From Eledone cirrhosa (lineage: Eukaryota): a stretch of 64,000 bases of DNA. The stretch lies in assembly GCA_964016885.1 (NCBI GenBank), contig OZ024743.1, positions 195,176,001-195,240,000 on the forward strand. Reading direction: 5' to 3'. The translations under genes were made by a program, and so were the position numbers. The notes under the pieces were generated by a model. That model had not been told where the DNA came from and did no database searches. It saw only the letters and a list, made by a program, of their open reading frames with translations. Of this stretch, positions 49,498 through 62,735 are shown in pieces. Each line of letters opens with the position of its first letter. The stretch's first letter is position 1.

Positions 49498-52400
49498 CAG
49501 GTCAAAAGTTTAAAGGCAGCCACTGTAGATTTCACCACGACTACGACGGCTACAGTCATGCCTGTCATCCACTCTACTGAATGTGAAGGCAAAACTTAGC
49601 CTTCTGTGATAGCAGCAGTATCATCTGAAAACGACATCACCACCACCGCCCCATCACCACCACAACAACAACAACTCAGAGCAATAACGACAATAACACC
49701 GACAGCTTCAATGTAAACACGGATGGCGGTGGCAACAGCACAACAAACAAAACAACAACAACACCGATAACAACAGCAAGAATGACAACACCAACAATAA
49801 GAGCATCAGAAACACCACATTTGCTGCAGCAGCAGCAAAAACAAAGCGCTTATTGAATATTGATATTGATATTAGCGATAAAGACGAACAGTTGGCCAAA
49901 GCGTGGAGGCTAATTAAACGGGAGAAATCATGGGCAAACCTGACCATCCCGGACGAGGCAATAGCGCCCATGCAAAGGAGGACGGTGTTCTTTCGATGTA
50001 TTTCGGTGCAGACACGAAAAGTGGAACTTGCGAGCCAAGCAGGGGTCGAGGCTGCTTTGGAGTACATCGGAAGTAACATAGAGTACAAAGCAAGAGGCAA
50101 ACAGTTCGGTACCATCTCGGTACTGTTCAAAACCGAGGCCCTTGCTATTAAGCACTCGGTGAACCCCTGCAGAACGGAACGCATTATCATGCATCCGTCC
50201 TACATGGGTAAAAGGACAGTAAAGGTACGCAATCCCAGCATCCCACCAGGAATGAACATATGATGGCTGCTGGGATGCGTAATCGAGGAGGGGACAGACA
50301 CTACCCTCCTGGATATCAAAAGGACAGAGAGAGAGGACTGGTCCGGAATGGATTTGGAGATTCTTCTCCAAATGAAACCGGAGGATATGAATAACATCCC
50401 GGATTTTGTCCGCCTGCAGGACGGGACAGCAATCCAACTAATCATTGACGGAAGAAGACCACGCTGCTTCGTCTGAGGGGAAGCAACGCATCTTCAAGCC
50501 TTCTGCCCTCAGCGCAAAAATGCAGGGGGTCGCAAACCTCCTTTGTTGCCAACTCCAGTGTCAGCACGGAAAGCTGCACCACCACCACCAAAAACAACAC
50601 CAACAAAAACACGGACACCAAATCAAAAACAGCCAGATCACCACCAACACCAAAACCAACCCAAGGAGAAAACGAGGAAAGCTCCCCCCCCCCCCCAATT
50701 ATACACATAGACAAAACAATAAACGTACACACAGACACAGAGACACTCAACAGACACAGACCCTTTGTCTTCCAGCAGCGAAGATGAAGGAAAATCCCAA
50801 AGTGCAAAAAAACAGAGAAAACTCACACAAAAAAAAGCCCCAACAAAACAAAAACATACACAACAAAAAATACAGACACCACTAACGCAAACACTTCCCC
50901 AATAACATCATCACCAACAGCAACATCGACACCACTCAACAATCCCCTAAACGCAAACAACCTAAACAAACACAAGTACAGATAAGCACACAAATACCTG
51001 AAATTGCAGACACCACACCTACAACAAACATAGACATACCCGAAACAAAACCACCAAAATCATCACCACCACAGTCACCAAAACGAAAACAAATAAAACC
51101 ACACCAACAAAATGTTAAAAACTTTGTGCTTGTCAGAAGGGCCAACGATAAACTGATGGCCCTCTTAGCACGAAGCGAGGACATTCAAACAGAGGGGGAG
51201 ATTTTTGAAATTAGCACATTTTGCGTGCCAGAAGATTTGCTTCTGGTCCGAATGTGACTCAATTCCTTCAAAGAAATTCGAGAGAGCTTTCCTCAAGACG
51301 TGGGAACCCCGAATGTGAAACCCACATCAAGACTTTTAAAGGGGTTCCCAAAAGAAAACCCACCAACCATGGAGGTCGAACCACCCGACCTTCACAAGAC
51401 CCCGGGAGGTAAGTAAACCTTCCCTCTCTCTCTTAGGTTACCAATATGGCCATATTAAGAGTAGGAAGTTTAAATGTTCGCGGCCTGGGGTCACCCTGGA
51501 AGCAGGGTCGCCTGCTCAACGACCTCCGGTCGCTGGAAATTGATGTGATTGCCGTCAGCGAGACCAGAATTTCCGACACGCGCGCACTAGCCCCCATTTT
51601 CGACGACTATCAGATCTTCGCATCTGTTAGCAGGCCGGGAATGTGGGGTGGGGGTGGAAGTGCTGTTTAGGAAAGGACTGGATCTCGAGGTAAGGTCGAT
51701 CTTCCAGGACTCGGACGGTAAGTTGATGGTCTTGGATGTGAGCAGTAGCGAAGGTTGTGCCTTTAGACTGCTGGCCGTCTACGCCCCTACAGGGGCCGGA
51801 CGACCTGATTTCTTTAGGCGCCTGGAGACCTTTCTGGGTACGTCTCGCCCTTTACTGTTAGCGGGGAACTGGAATGGCATCTTAGACGCACGCTAGCATT
51901 GTGTGGGAGTAGCCGATAGGAGCGTGGGATGCAAAAGCCTCAAGCACCTACTCAGCCAGTTCCAACTGTCTGAGAGGTATCGACTAGATTTCCCCAATGT
52001 GCCAGTATGGACATGGACCAACCGAATGGGGTCATCTAGATCGTATATAGACAGGATCTTCATTAGGAAAATAGATAGAAATAGTATGGGCTGTCCACTT
52101 TTTAAAACGGTCGCCTACTCAGATCACAAATTTGTGATCTGTACGGTCGACCTAAATAAAACGCGTAGGTTAGGACCGGGTTACTGGAAGCTGAACATGT
52201 CATTTCCGGCACGTAAGGCTTACAGGGACCGAGCCAACAATTTAGTTAAGCAAAAGTTGACAGGAGGGATCATCAACAACAGATGGTGGGTGGCGCTCAA
52301 AAGAGAGATTAGAGTAACTTCGATAGAGTTCAGCAAAGAACTAGCGTTAGAGAAAAATAGAAAGATGGGGGAGCTGGTAGATAAGTTAGACGAGGCTATT

Positions 52401-55123
52401 TGTAGTAGCATCGCAACTGACGTGCTAGCGGCGAGAATGGCATTAGACCATTTCTTCAATGCCAAACACGAAGGTTACATTGTCAGAGCTAAGGCGCGTG
52501 CGCTGAGAAACGAGCGAACTAAAGCTGTTCGATGGGCTCGCGTGGCGGAGGCGCAGCGTGGTAATAAAACCACAATTCGGTCTTTGGCGGACCGAGACGG
52601 ACACGAGATAAGCAATTCCAAGCGGGTGTGAGGCCTTTCGCCAGCACTTTGCTCGGTTGTTCATGGAGAGTGGCGAGTCAGAAAGAGTAGCGGATTTCAG
52701 TCCCTACCTTAACGGCTTGCCCCGCATCTCGACGGTCGACGCTGAGTGCTGCGAAACGCCGACTGCGTCGTCGGCTGCATGAGGCACAAGTCACCCGGTT
52801 GGATGGCCTGCCCTACGAGCTTTACGTAAATATGCCAGACTTGTTCTCCGAACTCCTCGAATCACTCTACTGCAACTGGCATCAGAATGGGAGTATTCCA
52901 AGTTCTGTGAGCAGGGGAGTGGTGACGCTGATAAGGAAAGACGAGAACAAGAGGGATACATTAGAAAACTTCAGGCCCATAACTCTGCTCAACACAGAGT
53001 TTAAGATTTTGGCCAAGGTGTTAGCAAAGAGATTGGCACTTGCCGTCGAGATTTGGTTGGGGAGGCGCAAACTTGCGCAATCCCAGCCAGGTCCATAGAC
53101 GACAATATCCACCTCATGCGATACATCATAGAGAGGGTATGGTGTAGACATGGCTTCGGTGGGGCACTAATCAATTTAGATCAATCGAAAGCATTCGATA
53201 GGGAAAGACCATCGGTATCTGGAATTTGTCCTCAAAGCAGCTGGCTTCGGCTCTGTCTTTAGAAGCTGGATCGTTGCAATGCACAGCGGCACACGCTCGG
53301 TGGTTAAGGTTAATGGCCACCTCTCGGAATCATTTCGGCTCACCCGATCGGTCCGTCAAGGGTGCCCTCTCTATTCCCTTCTGTATGTATTGACTCTCGA
53401 GCCTTTACTGCGGAAGCTGGAGCTGTTGCAGGGCATCCCGCTCGAACCTGGACGTGGAAAGGCGGTGTCGGCTTATGCAGACGACATCACCGTGATGGTG
53501 TCGAACACCTCAGAAATTGAGGTGGTCGGCACCTTATTGAAGTAATATGAAAGGTTGACAGGAGCCAAACTTAACCCGGAAAAGTCGGTGGGCTTGCAGC
53601 TCGGAACCTGGAGAGGCAGGCCCATGCCGTCCAATAGCGTCGTGGGGCGCTGGACAGACGGACCGGTGAAGTTGCTCGGGGTTTGGTTCAGACCAGACCT
53701 CCAGGTGGAAAATAATTGGGACGAGGTAACGAGCAGAGTAGCCAGTCTCACCCCAAAATGGGCTGGGAGGAAGCTATCACTGAAAGGTCGAGCGGAGGTG
53801 GCGAATGCGTACATCGCGTCCGTCATCTACTACCGCCTGACCGTCGTGCCTTGCCCCCGTCCGCGCCTCGTCAAGTTGGAACGGCTCCTCTTCAAATTCT
53901 TGTGGAGGGGACAAGTTCCGTTGGTGAGGCGGTCCATCTGCTGCCAGCACCCTCTACGCGGAGGGCTGGGCATGCCGTGGCTAATGATGCGCAGACATGC
54001 GTTGAGGCTGCGACATCTCCAGATATTCTGCCTCAACGGTGAACAGGTGTGGTCGCCGTTTATCAGACGGGTCTTTCCGCAGCTCATTTCTTTGATTGAG
54101 CTGCAGTCCTGGGTCAAGAACAGACCGAGACTGGGTGACTGGCACCTGGAATGTTGCCAGGCACTCACTGCCCTCTGCCAAGCGGGCAATGTGATCAGTG
54201 GAACTTCCACTCTCGAGTTCTATAGAGGATTAGTGGTGGGCAAGTGCGATGACGCACTCAGAGAAGCTTTGGGTCTCGATGAAGTCGAACTGACCAGTCT
54301 GTGCCGGAGGACTTTTGAGCCGGGGACGATGGACAATTTCCAGAAATCCCTCGCTTGGCAGTGCTACCGGGGGGGTGGGGGCACTGCCGGTTCGGGATAA
54401 ACTCTACAGGCACGGAAGTGCTGTCAGACGGGCCTGCCCAAGATGCGCACGGAACTACGAAACCGCAAGCACTTGTCCAATGTCCGTGCATTACTGACTT
54501 GTGGAGTTATGTTGAACAGCTACTGTCGCGTGTGGAACGAATCCGGCTATCGACCGAGTCCATAGTGAGATCGATCCACCGCCTTCCTTAGGTCAGGAAG
54601 AGCAGGAAATGTTCCTCTGTCTGGTGGCAGTTGCGAAAGAGATTATATGGTGGACCAGGTTGAAAGGACTAAAGACAGACACTTTTCTCTTCGGCCAATC
54701 CCTCATCAACTTCTTCAAGTTTCACCTGGAAAGGAAGGTGAGGGTGGAGAGAGAAGTGCTGCTCCCCAGTACATTTGCTAAAAGGTGGGTGAATGTGGCG
54801 AGAATGGCTCGTGTGAATGGGCCTACTGTGACCATGCGCCTATAGGCTAGCTAACTTGAGGAGAGGGGTGCTCTCCCTGGGTGCCCTAGAAGCGCAGGGT
54901 GGTTCAGGATTGGTGGGGTACCCGAATCACACCAGCGTTGTCCACCCCTATCGGGGAATTTATTTTGTTATATTTTTGCATAGTTTATTTCATATTTTTA
55001 TATTTTCATTGTTAAATTAGTCTTGCCATTGTGCACTTTTACTCGACCTTATTGTAAACTCCCACTGTCCCTGTCTTTGTATTGTCCCCTACATGTCGGC
55101 CCTTGTGGTTAATAAATGAAATC
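49498..55123 (+). mobile_element. Tx1 family B, slightly 5'-truncated (E8)
   Basis: ORF1 remnant to 51416 (ARGKQFGTISVLF). ORF2 51446-54845 has APE, RT and CCHC motifs. Ends CCCTTGTGGTTAATAAATGAAATC followed by (ATT)n. Confidence 0.88.
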
Positions 55124-55141
55124 ATTATTATTATTATTATT

Positions 55142-56096
55142 GTTCTTTGAGTCTCAGTCATTGATGTTAGTTAACTGAAAAGTTTGTTGAAATGAATATC
55201 AAGCCACTACCTGCAGCCTCAGATATTCAAGACGTATCGGAGGGTTCTTGCTGTTCCCAGCAAGCATGCCTTTTGAAGCGTTCCAAAAAGCGTGAAGGGG
55301 CCAATTTTCTTTAACCATCCCTGGAAACCTTTTGAGATAGTACCTGTGCGCCTATGACAGTCGAGACCACTTTGACTTCATGGCAGTTCCAAATCCTTTT
55401 TACCTCCCACTTTAAGTCCTGGTTTCGGTTAATTTTCTCCCTCTCCTTCTCTTGCACTCTCGTGTCGAATGGGCAGGCCACATCCACAATCAGGCACGAT
55501 CTTTTTTCCTTGTCCAAAACCACCAGGTCAGGTCTATTGTGTTCCAGTTTCTTGTCCGTCTGTATCCTAAAATCCCACAGCACCTTCACCTGATCGTTTT
55601 CTATCACCGACTCTGGCTTATGCTCATACCACTTCTCAGAATGTGGGAAATTGTTTACTTTGCATAGGTGCCGGTGGATCACCTTGCCCATCACATCATG
55701 TCTCCAGCCCTTATAGTGAGTCTGGGCTAGGTGTTTACACTGGGATACAATGTGAGCCACAATCTCCTCTCTCTCCACAGATCCTGCACAGTAGGCTAGC
55801 CTCCTCCTTGTAAATATGGTGTTTCAGCCACTTCGTTTTGAGGGCCTGCTCTTGCGCAGCCATTAGCATTCCTCCTGTAGCCTTTTTAAGTCTCCTCTTT
55901 TCAAGCAGTTCCATGTCTGTTGATCTCTGAATTCAGTTTTCTCAAAGAAGGTACTACAAAGGGATTTTTCATGAAGGCTGCTCTTTCTCCTTGTTGTTAT
56001 TTCCTCCCTGGAGATCCCCTTGTCTATTGTCCTCTCCTTCAGTACAATTCTGAGCATTGGCACCTTACTATCAGTCACGTATTTGTGTAGGTTGTT
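55142..56096 (-). mobile_element. R4/Dong element of the D1 family, 5'-truncated (D4)
   Basis: HIVSQC..RHD..WDFRIQTDKKLEHNRPDLVVLD..IVDVACP. Same 3' end as D1 and D3. (TTA)n on both sides. Confidence 0.88.
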
Positions 56097-56132
56097 TATT
56101 ATTATTATTATTATTACTATTATATATTTTAA

Positions 56133-56148
56133 TATACATACATATATC

Positions 56149-56236
<88 letters not shown>
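56133..56236. repeat. (TA)n microsatellite
   Basis: Direct inspection; further (TA)n, (CT)n and (GT)n tracts at 56536-56592 and 56752-56850. Confidence 0.95.
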
Positions 56237-56239
<3 letters not shown>

Positions 56240-56531
56240 CGAAAGGTCTGTTTGGCTCATGAATTCACCCAGATAACGCTGATCGAATAACCATGTTGCT
56301 TGTTTTCTTCCCATCTTCGGTTAGCCTTTCTTCGATGTTGTTTACTTGTCTCACTCGCTTTACGCGTTTCACTTGTCCCAATAGCTTATTTTAGTTATTG
56401 CTCGCACCAACGTGAGGTATATGATTTTTAATGCGATGAAATACCAATGATCGTTGGCAAATCACTGATGAGGGACTAATTTTATAATATGTAATCCATG
56501 TGCAACCATGCAGTATTCTTCTCCCCATATT

Positions 56532-56597
<66 letters not shown>

Positions 56598-56816
56598 GTG
56601 TGTGCGAATGTGTATACATTTAAGTACAATTGCATATATATATACACATTGTCGTTTCAATTTGGATTGCCTCGGGAACGTAACCTTATTATGTAAGAAG
56701 CTGTCTGATGACGTCATGTCACTGAGTACACAGAATCGCGGAGACACTGTCATCTCTCTACCTCTCTCTCTCTCCTTCTCTCTATCTCTCTCTCTATATA
56801 TATATATATGTGTGTG

Positions 56817-56849
<33 letters not shown>

Positions 56850-57057
56850 ATGTCATTCACCACATGACTGTACTTTACATTTAAATCCTTTTCATATTTT
56901 ACGATATTTTTCTTGATTGTTTGGAAAAGTCATTTAGTCTCGATCTTCGCAAATGTAACCTAGGGAAAGTGATTTATACTACAACCCTTTAAAGTCCAAT
57001 TTAGAATCGATTACTTACATATTCAGTTATGGTATTTTTTATTCATCAGTTCTCATA

Positions 57058-57292
57058 TCGCTGGAGTGGCAGAATCATTAGAGCGCACGGACAAAACGCT
57101 TCTTAGTATATGATTACTGTTCTTTATTTTCTTATTTTTCATATTCTACCGAGGCTAACTTACCCTTTCATCCTTCTGGTATCAATGAAATATAGTATAA
57201 GTCACATACTGGCGTCTCATTAATCGACTACACCTTCCCAGTAAAAAAATTAAAAAAATAAATTTCTGATCTGTTGCTCTGATAGAAATAAT
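57058..57292 (+). mobile_element. Old, degenerate tRNA-derived SINE
   Basis: TGGCAGAATCATTAG head and ccgaggctaacttaccctttcatccttctgg core, homologous to 1471-1680. Confidence 0.6.
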
Positions 57293-57480
57293 TGTTTCTA
57301 TTTTAGGCACAAGGCCAGCAATTACCCAGTACATTACTGGTACTTTATTTTATCGACCCCGTAAGGATGAAAGGCAAAGTTAACCTCGGCGGCATTTGAA
57401 CTCAGATCACAAAGGGGACGTAACTCTATGCTTCAAAGCATGGTGTCCGACTCTCTACCGATACTGCCAATCCACCACCC
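57286..57480 (-). mobile_element. tRNA-derived SINE (tandem copy 1)
   Basis: Minus strand: A-box TGGCAGTATCGG, B-box GAGTTCAAATGC, core GCCTTTCATCCTTACGGGGTCGATAAAATAAAGTACCAG and tail GCCTTGTGCCTAAAATAGAAACAATTATT. Confidence 0.85.
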
Positions 57481-57489
57481 TCATGATAG

Positions 57490-57676
57490 AAATAATTGTT
57501 TCTACTTTTGGCACAAGGCCAGCAATTATCCAGTGCATTACTGGTACTTTTATTTTTATCGACCCCGTAAGGATGAAAGGCAAAGTCAACCTCGGCGGGA
57601 TTTGAACTCAGATCGTAAAGGGACGTAACTATGCTGGAAAGCAGGGCGTCCGACCCTCTACTGATACTGCCAATCC
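57490..57676 (-). mobile_element. tRNA-derived SINE (tandem copy 2)
   Basis: Direct repeat of 57286-57480 with B-box GAGTTCAAATCC. Confidence 0.85.
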
Positions 57677-58363
57677 AAATAATACTATGTTATAAGCGTT
57701 AATATTGCTACGGAAATGAGAATGGTTTCGAAGCTTGTTGAACAATTTTCAGAAAGTATATTACTTTTCCTCTTCAGTTTTGTTTTCCTTCTTTTGTTTT
57801 CTATGGATTGCTGTAAATAGACGGACAATATTTGTTTATTGGGGTATTTGACTTAAAGAAATGCATATATGATAGTAATTTTCGATGAAAACTGAGAAAA
57901 AAGGACGTTCCATTTCAAATATTGCAGTGCTTCTTTCTTGTTTGGAAATCTCATTATAAATCAGCATTTTGTCACTGTTCTTTATAAAGTATAGTGTTCC
58001 GAATAATATTATGCACCGTTGATTTGCCAATAGCGTGTTCTTGACCTATTTTAGCTTTAGTGGCAACACTGTCATGCTTGATAATTATTGACAATTCTTC
58101 TTTGAATGCTATAATTTTTTCTTGTTCTGAAAATGTTCGCCACTTCTACTAGCGTGACTTATTCGATTGGAATTCATGACGATAAATTATGGGTTTGTAA
58201 ATAAAATATCCTCCCGGTTATCATGGCTTCGAATAACATGGCCCTCAAATTAATATGGTTTATGAGATGGCAACGACTCCTGAAAGGCACACAATGATTA
58301 CAGTTTTGCACTGCACATGAATGTAGCAAATATGTATGTATATATATGTATATATATATATAT

Positions 58364-58563
58364 NNNNNNNNNNNNNNNNNNNNNNNNNNNNNNNNNNNNN
58401 NNNNNNNNNNNNNNNNNNNNNNNNNNNNNNNNNNNNNNNNNNNNNNNNNNNNNNNNNNNNNNNNNNNNNNNNNNNNNNNNNNNNNNNNNNNNNNNNNNNN
58501 NNNNNNNNNNNNNNNNNNNNNNNNNNNNNNNNNNNNNNNNNNNNNNNNNNNNNNNNNNNNNNN
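58364..58563. other. Assembly gap (200 N) within (TA)n
   Basis: Run of N; a (TA)n/(TATG)n tract continues to ~58900. Confidence 1.
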
Positions 58564-58620
58564 CAGTCAAGTTTGCAAATATATATACATATATGTATAT
58601 ATATATATATATATACACAC

Positions 58621-58761
<141 letters not shown>

Positions 58762-58783
58762 CATATGCATATGTATATATATG

Positions 58784-58846
<63 letters not shown>

Positions 58847-59193
58847 ATATGTACGTATGTATGTATGTATGTATGTGAGCATGTATGTATGCACGTATCT
58901 ATGCGTATTTATGTATACATGAATGCATGCAAGTATGTATGTATCTTCATATACAGATATACATACACAGAGAAGCACACAAAAACCAACTAACTATATA
59001 CGTGTTTTGCTCCCGAGAAAATTATTTTCCCGTTCTTTGTTGTTTTCTTGCTCTCGTTCATATTTGTATTTCTTCTTTTATATCTATATCTCATTATATC
59101 TTCCGATGAAGAGGTAATACTGACATCCGAAACACCAAGTATTGAACTACTACACACACACAAATCCCCCCTCCCTCACAGACACACACACAA

Positions 59194-59225
<32 letters not shown>

Positions 59226-60439
59226 GCAATGGTCAAACGCAATAAAATGAACAAATTTATTATTAGTTTTACGCTTGCTATAGTAGGAAAAGTGTGTTAA
59301 TGTTCGGATATTTATATATATATATATATGTGCGTGTGTGTGTGGGTGTGTGAATATATATATACATATATATATATATACATGCAGCCGATTTACTGTT
59401 TTCTCTTATTATTCCTTGAGAGAAGGTGGAGGGACTACGATATATTTTACTTCCCAGATGTTGGTGGTAAACAGAGAGATATGTGAAAGGGTCGAACAAT
59501 ATGCATTGGTATGTACGATTTGATTTCCAAGCTCACAAATGTTGTCTTTAAATGTCATAACATATAACGCGATAAAATAATTTAATCGTAGAAGGTGGTA
59601 TAGTGCGATAATTGGTAGATCAACAGGCAAGATGCCTGGCGATAGTTTACCGCGGAGGACTATTTGGTTGGTAAACTAAGACCTTTGCCCGGTTTATCAT
59701 GTAAGTTAGTGCGAAGGGATTACTGTGTCACTGAAAGAGTAGTTTATTAATTCGTGATAATGTAATCTCCGACAACATAAAGCAAGAGACAGATTGTATG
59801 TGAGCTGAGTCCTCTAGGGAAATAAATTAGTTTTCGTTGCAACACTACTGTCATTAAAACACATAATTACAACGTGGCTTTACGTATGAGTAAGGAATCA
59901 AACGTAATTTCTTGCATAACTAATAAGATTCGTTTCTAATTATGCGACTAATGAGTCAGTGTAATTTGTTGAACGTAACAAGAAAATGGCTTACTTTTGT
60001 CTTTGAACAAGCGATTAATAAATAGTGGTACAGATATATTTAGATTTATGCCTTTGCAGGAAAAAGGAGGTTGAATAACTTGAATCAAAAGAACACCACA
60101 ATTCGGTTTCGTATTAACATTTATGGATCCTGGTAGAACTAACATGGTATTAAATGAAATTATCTTGCGCTTTAAGTTAATATTTTCATGTTATGACCGT
60201 AGAAAAGTGTATTTGTAAGATATATTTTCCAAGTTGTTTCTAATATAGTACTTAGGTTACAAACGGTGTAACTACTTATATCTATAGCATTGTTATGCTA
60301 TATCAGTATCAGTATCAGTATTGTTCTGTATTATTCGACGACAATCTTGAAGGGGTACGTTGATATTACATTGCAATGAATATATGATGTACGTTCACTC
60401 TCACCCTCTCCCATTTGATGCACATAGGCAAACCCACAG

Positions 60440-60475
<36 letters not shown>

Positions 60476-60477
<2 letters not shown>

Positions 60478-60960
60478 GGCCAACAACTGGTCCGTTTCTT
60501 CCGATATCATTTCGGAAGAAGGATCAGGATGGAGAGAGAGGTGCTGCACCCCAGCCGTTTTTATGAAGGATGGGTGAAAGTGGCGAGAATGGCCCGTGTG
60601 AATGGGCCTTCTCTTTACATGAGCCTGTAGGTGGAAAAGAGGAAGGAACGAGGGAGCACCCCCTCTCTGTGCTCCTGAGGAAAAGGGTTGCACACTTTTT
60701 TCGGGGGTGTGTGCGACCCCCCCCCCCCCCCCCAAGGCGCCTCCTCTCTATTGAGGATTTTGTTATAAATTTTATTTTTTGTTATATTTTATAACAAAAT
60801 CCTCTATTGAGGATTTTGTTATAATTCTATTTTTTGTTATATTTTATTTTATTTTTATATATTGTTATTGCCTCCTCCCTATTGAGGACGCCTTGTTTTG
60901 TAAACTCCCCCCATTGTACTTGTCCCACTTTTGATGCCCTTGTGGCAAATAAAAGAAACA
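60476..60960 (+). mobile_element. 3' fragment of a further Tx1 family, inserted in (TA)n
   Basis: GQQLVRFFRYHFGRRIRMEREVLHPSRFYEGWVKVARMARVNGPSLYMSL* matches the ORF2 C-terminus of families A-C. Ends CCCTTGTGGCAAATAAAAGAAAC. Confidence 0.85.
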
Positions 60961-60973
60961 TATCTATTTATCT

Positions 60974-60974
<1 letters not shown>

Positions 60975-61058
<84 letters not shown>

Positions 61059-61059
61059 C

Positions 61060-61148
<89 letters not shown>

Positions 61149-61171
61149 TGTGTGTGTGTTTGTGTGTGTGT
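60975..61171. repeat. (TA)n/(CA)n/(GT)n compound microsatellite
   Basis: Direct inspection; similar tracts at 62040-62125, 62313-62390 and 62620-62780. Confidence 0.95.
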
Positions 61172-62035
61172 TTCCGGATGCGTATGTATGTATTGTGTGT
61201 TTGGCTGGCATGTACATACATCCAGGTCATTTCAGAAAGATTTAGAATAATTATATACGTCAAGTAACTATGCATTTTATGTTTCGCAGTTATATCTTAA
61301 ACGCAAATTGACTGCTTGATTCTTCTAAAAGATTTCCGATATATTATCGAAGTTAAAAAAAGAACAGCAATAAAACTTGCATGTCTTTTCTCGTAATGTC
61401 TGCAGTTTGTCTTTCGTTCAACCAGAGTGATCTTGTTAATTCAGTCTGGTGTGACAATGATTTTAATAAAACTTGAAACCTTTAACAAACGAAGAAATGT
61501 AGATTCGTTTTGCTTTATTACAATGATTTTTTCCCCGTTTTTATTTTCTTCTTATTGATTTATGATTTTTTACAAGATTTTTGTATGTTTAATCTAATTG
61601 AAACATTTCGGAAGCAATGCACTTTAAAATTTGGAGGTTTATTGGCAGCTTGGTCATAAATATAAACCAAGTGAAAAGATTATTGATGATCTAAGAAATA
61701 CGCTTTTTCAACAAACTAGTTTTTGGCCGAAGTCATCCAATTACTATTTCGGTTTTTGTCAGTTTCTCAGACGCGGATCGTAATATTCTACCCGGAAGTT
61801 TTCTTCTATCCTACATGTTTAGCCATATAGTTACTTACGTTTGTAAATATAAATAGTTATGGCTATAACTCGATACCAATATAAAGAAATATTTGTTACT
61901 GCAACCTGAGATTTCATGTCAAAAGATATTTATTTGATGCACATCGACCAAACTTAATCATTGGCTTAACAATAAAAGAAACACTTTATGTAACTGTATA
62001 GATACATTCACATCAACACAAACACTAGCACGCAT

Positions 62036-62129
<94 letters not shown>

Positions 62130-62205
62130 GGTGTAAATTATGAATATATTATATATCTATCCAGTCTATCTATCTATTTCTCTCGCTCTCTATCCCTAAA
62201 TATAT

Positions 62206-62249
<44 letters not shown>

Positions 62250-62309
62250 TCCCCATTGTATCTCTATATTATTACATTGCGATTGACCATACGGAATTGA
62301 CCTCAAACC

Positions 62310-62391
<82 letters not shown>

Positions 62392-62520
62392 CCGTTTATA
62401 TTAAGTATTTCCGAAGAAAAAACAAAGGAAAAAAGAGTGCTCTAAGCATAATACAGAGGTATTTAATTAGAAAGTGAACAACACAATATATAACTACTTA
62501 TATATAACATATTATAACTT

Positions 62521-62588
62521 TTTCATCTGATGAGTGAACTAGACGTATGTTAATATTGTCTAGGCTACCGAAACCTTTGGTAATGGAG
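62521..62588 (+). ncRNA. Hammerhead ribozyme-like motif, partly degenerate
   Basis: UUUCAU-CUGAUGA-[stem II with CUAGAC/GUCUAG]-GAAA-CC-UUU-GG-UA-AUGGAG. Stem I needs G-U pairs and the base of stem II is imperfect. Confidence 0.5.
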
Positions 62589-62623
62589 TAGTTATATATT
62601 GTGTTGTTTACTTTTTAATTATA

Positions 62624-62735
<112 letters not shown>

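Noticed and set aside
2225-56096. Left arm as an inverted segmental duplication of the right arm (e.g. D1-E2 versus E8-D4)
   Set aside because: Element order differs, E2 and E8 are clearly diverged, and D1 and D4 are truncated at different points. Independent insertions fit better.
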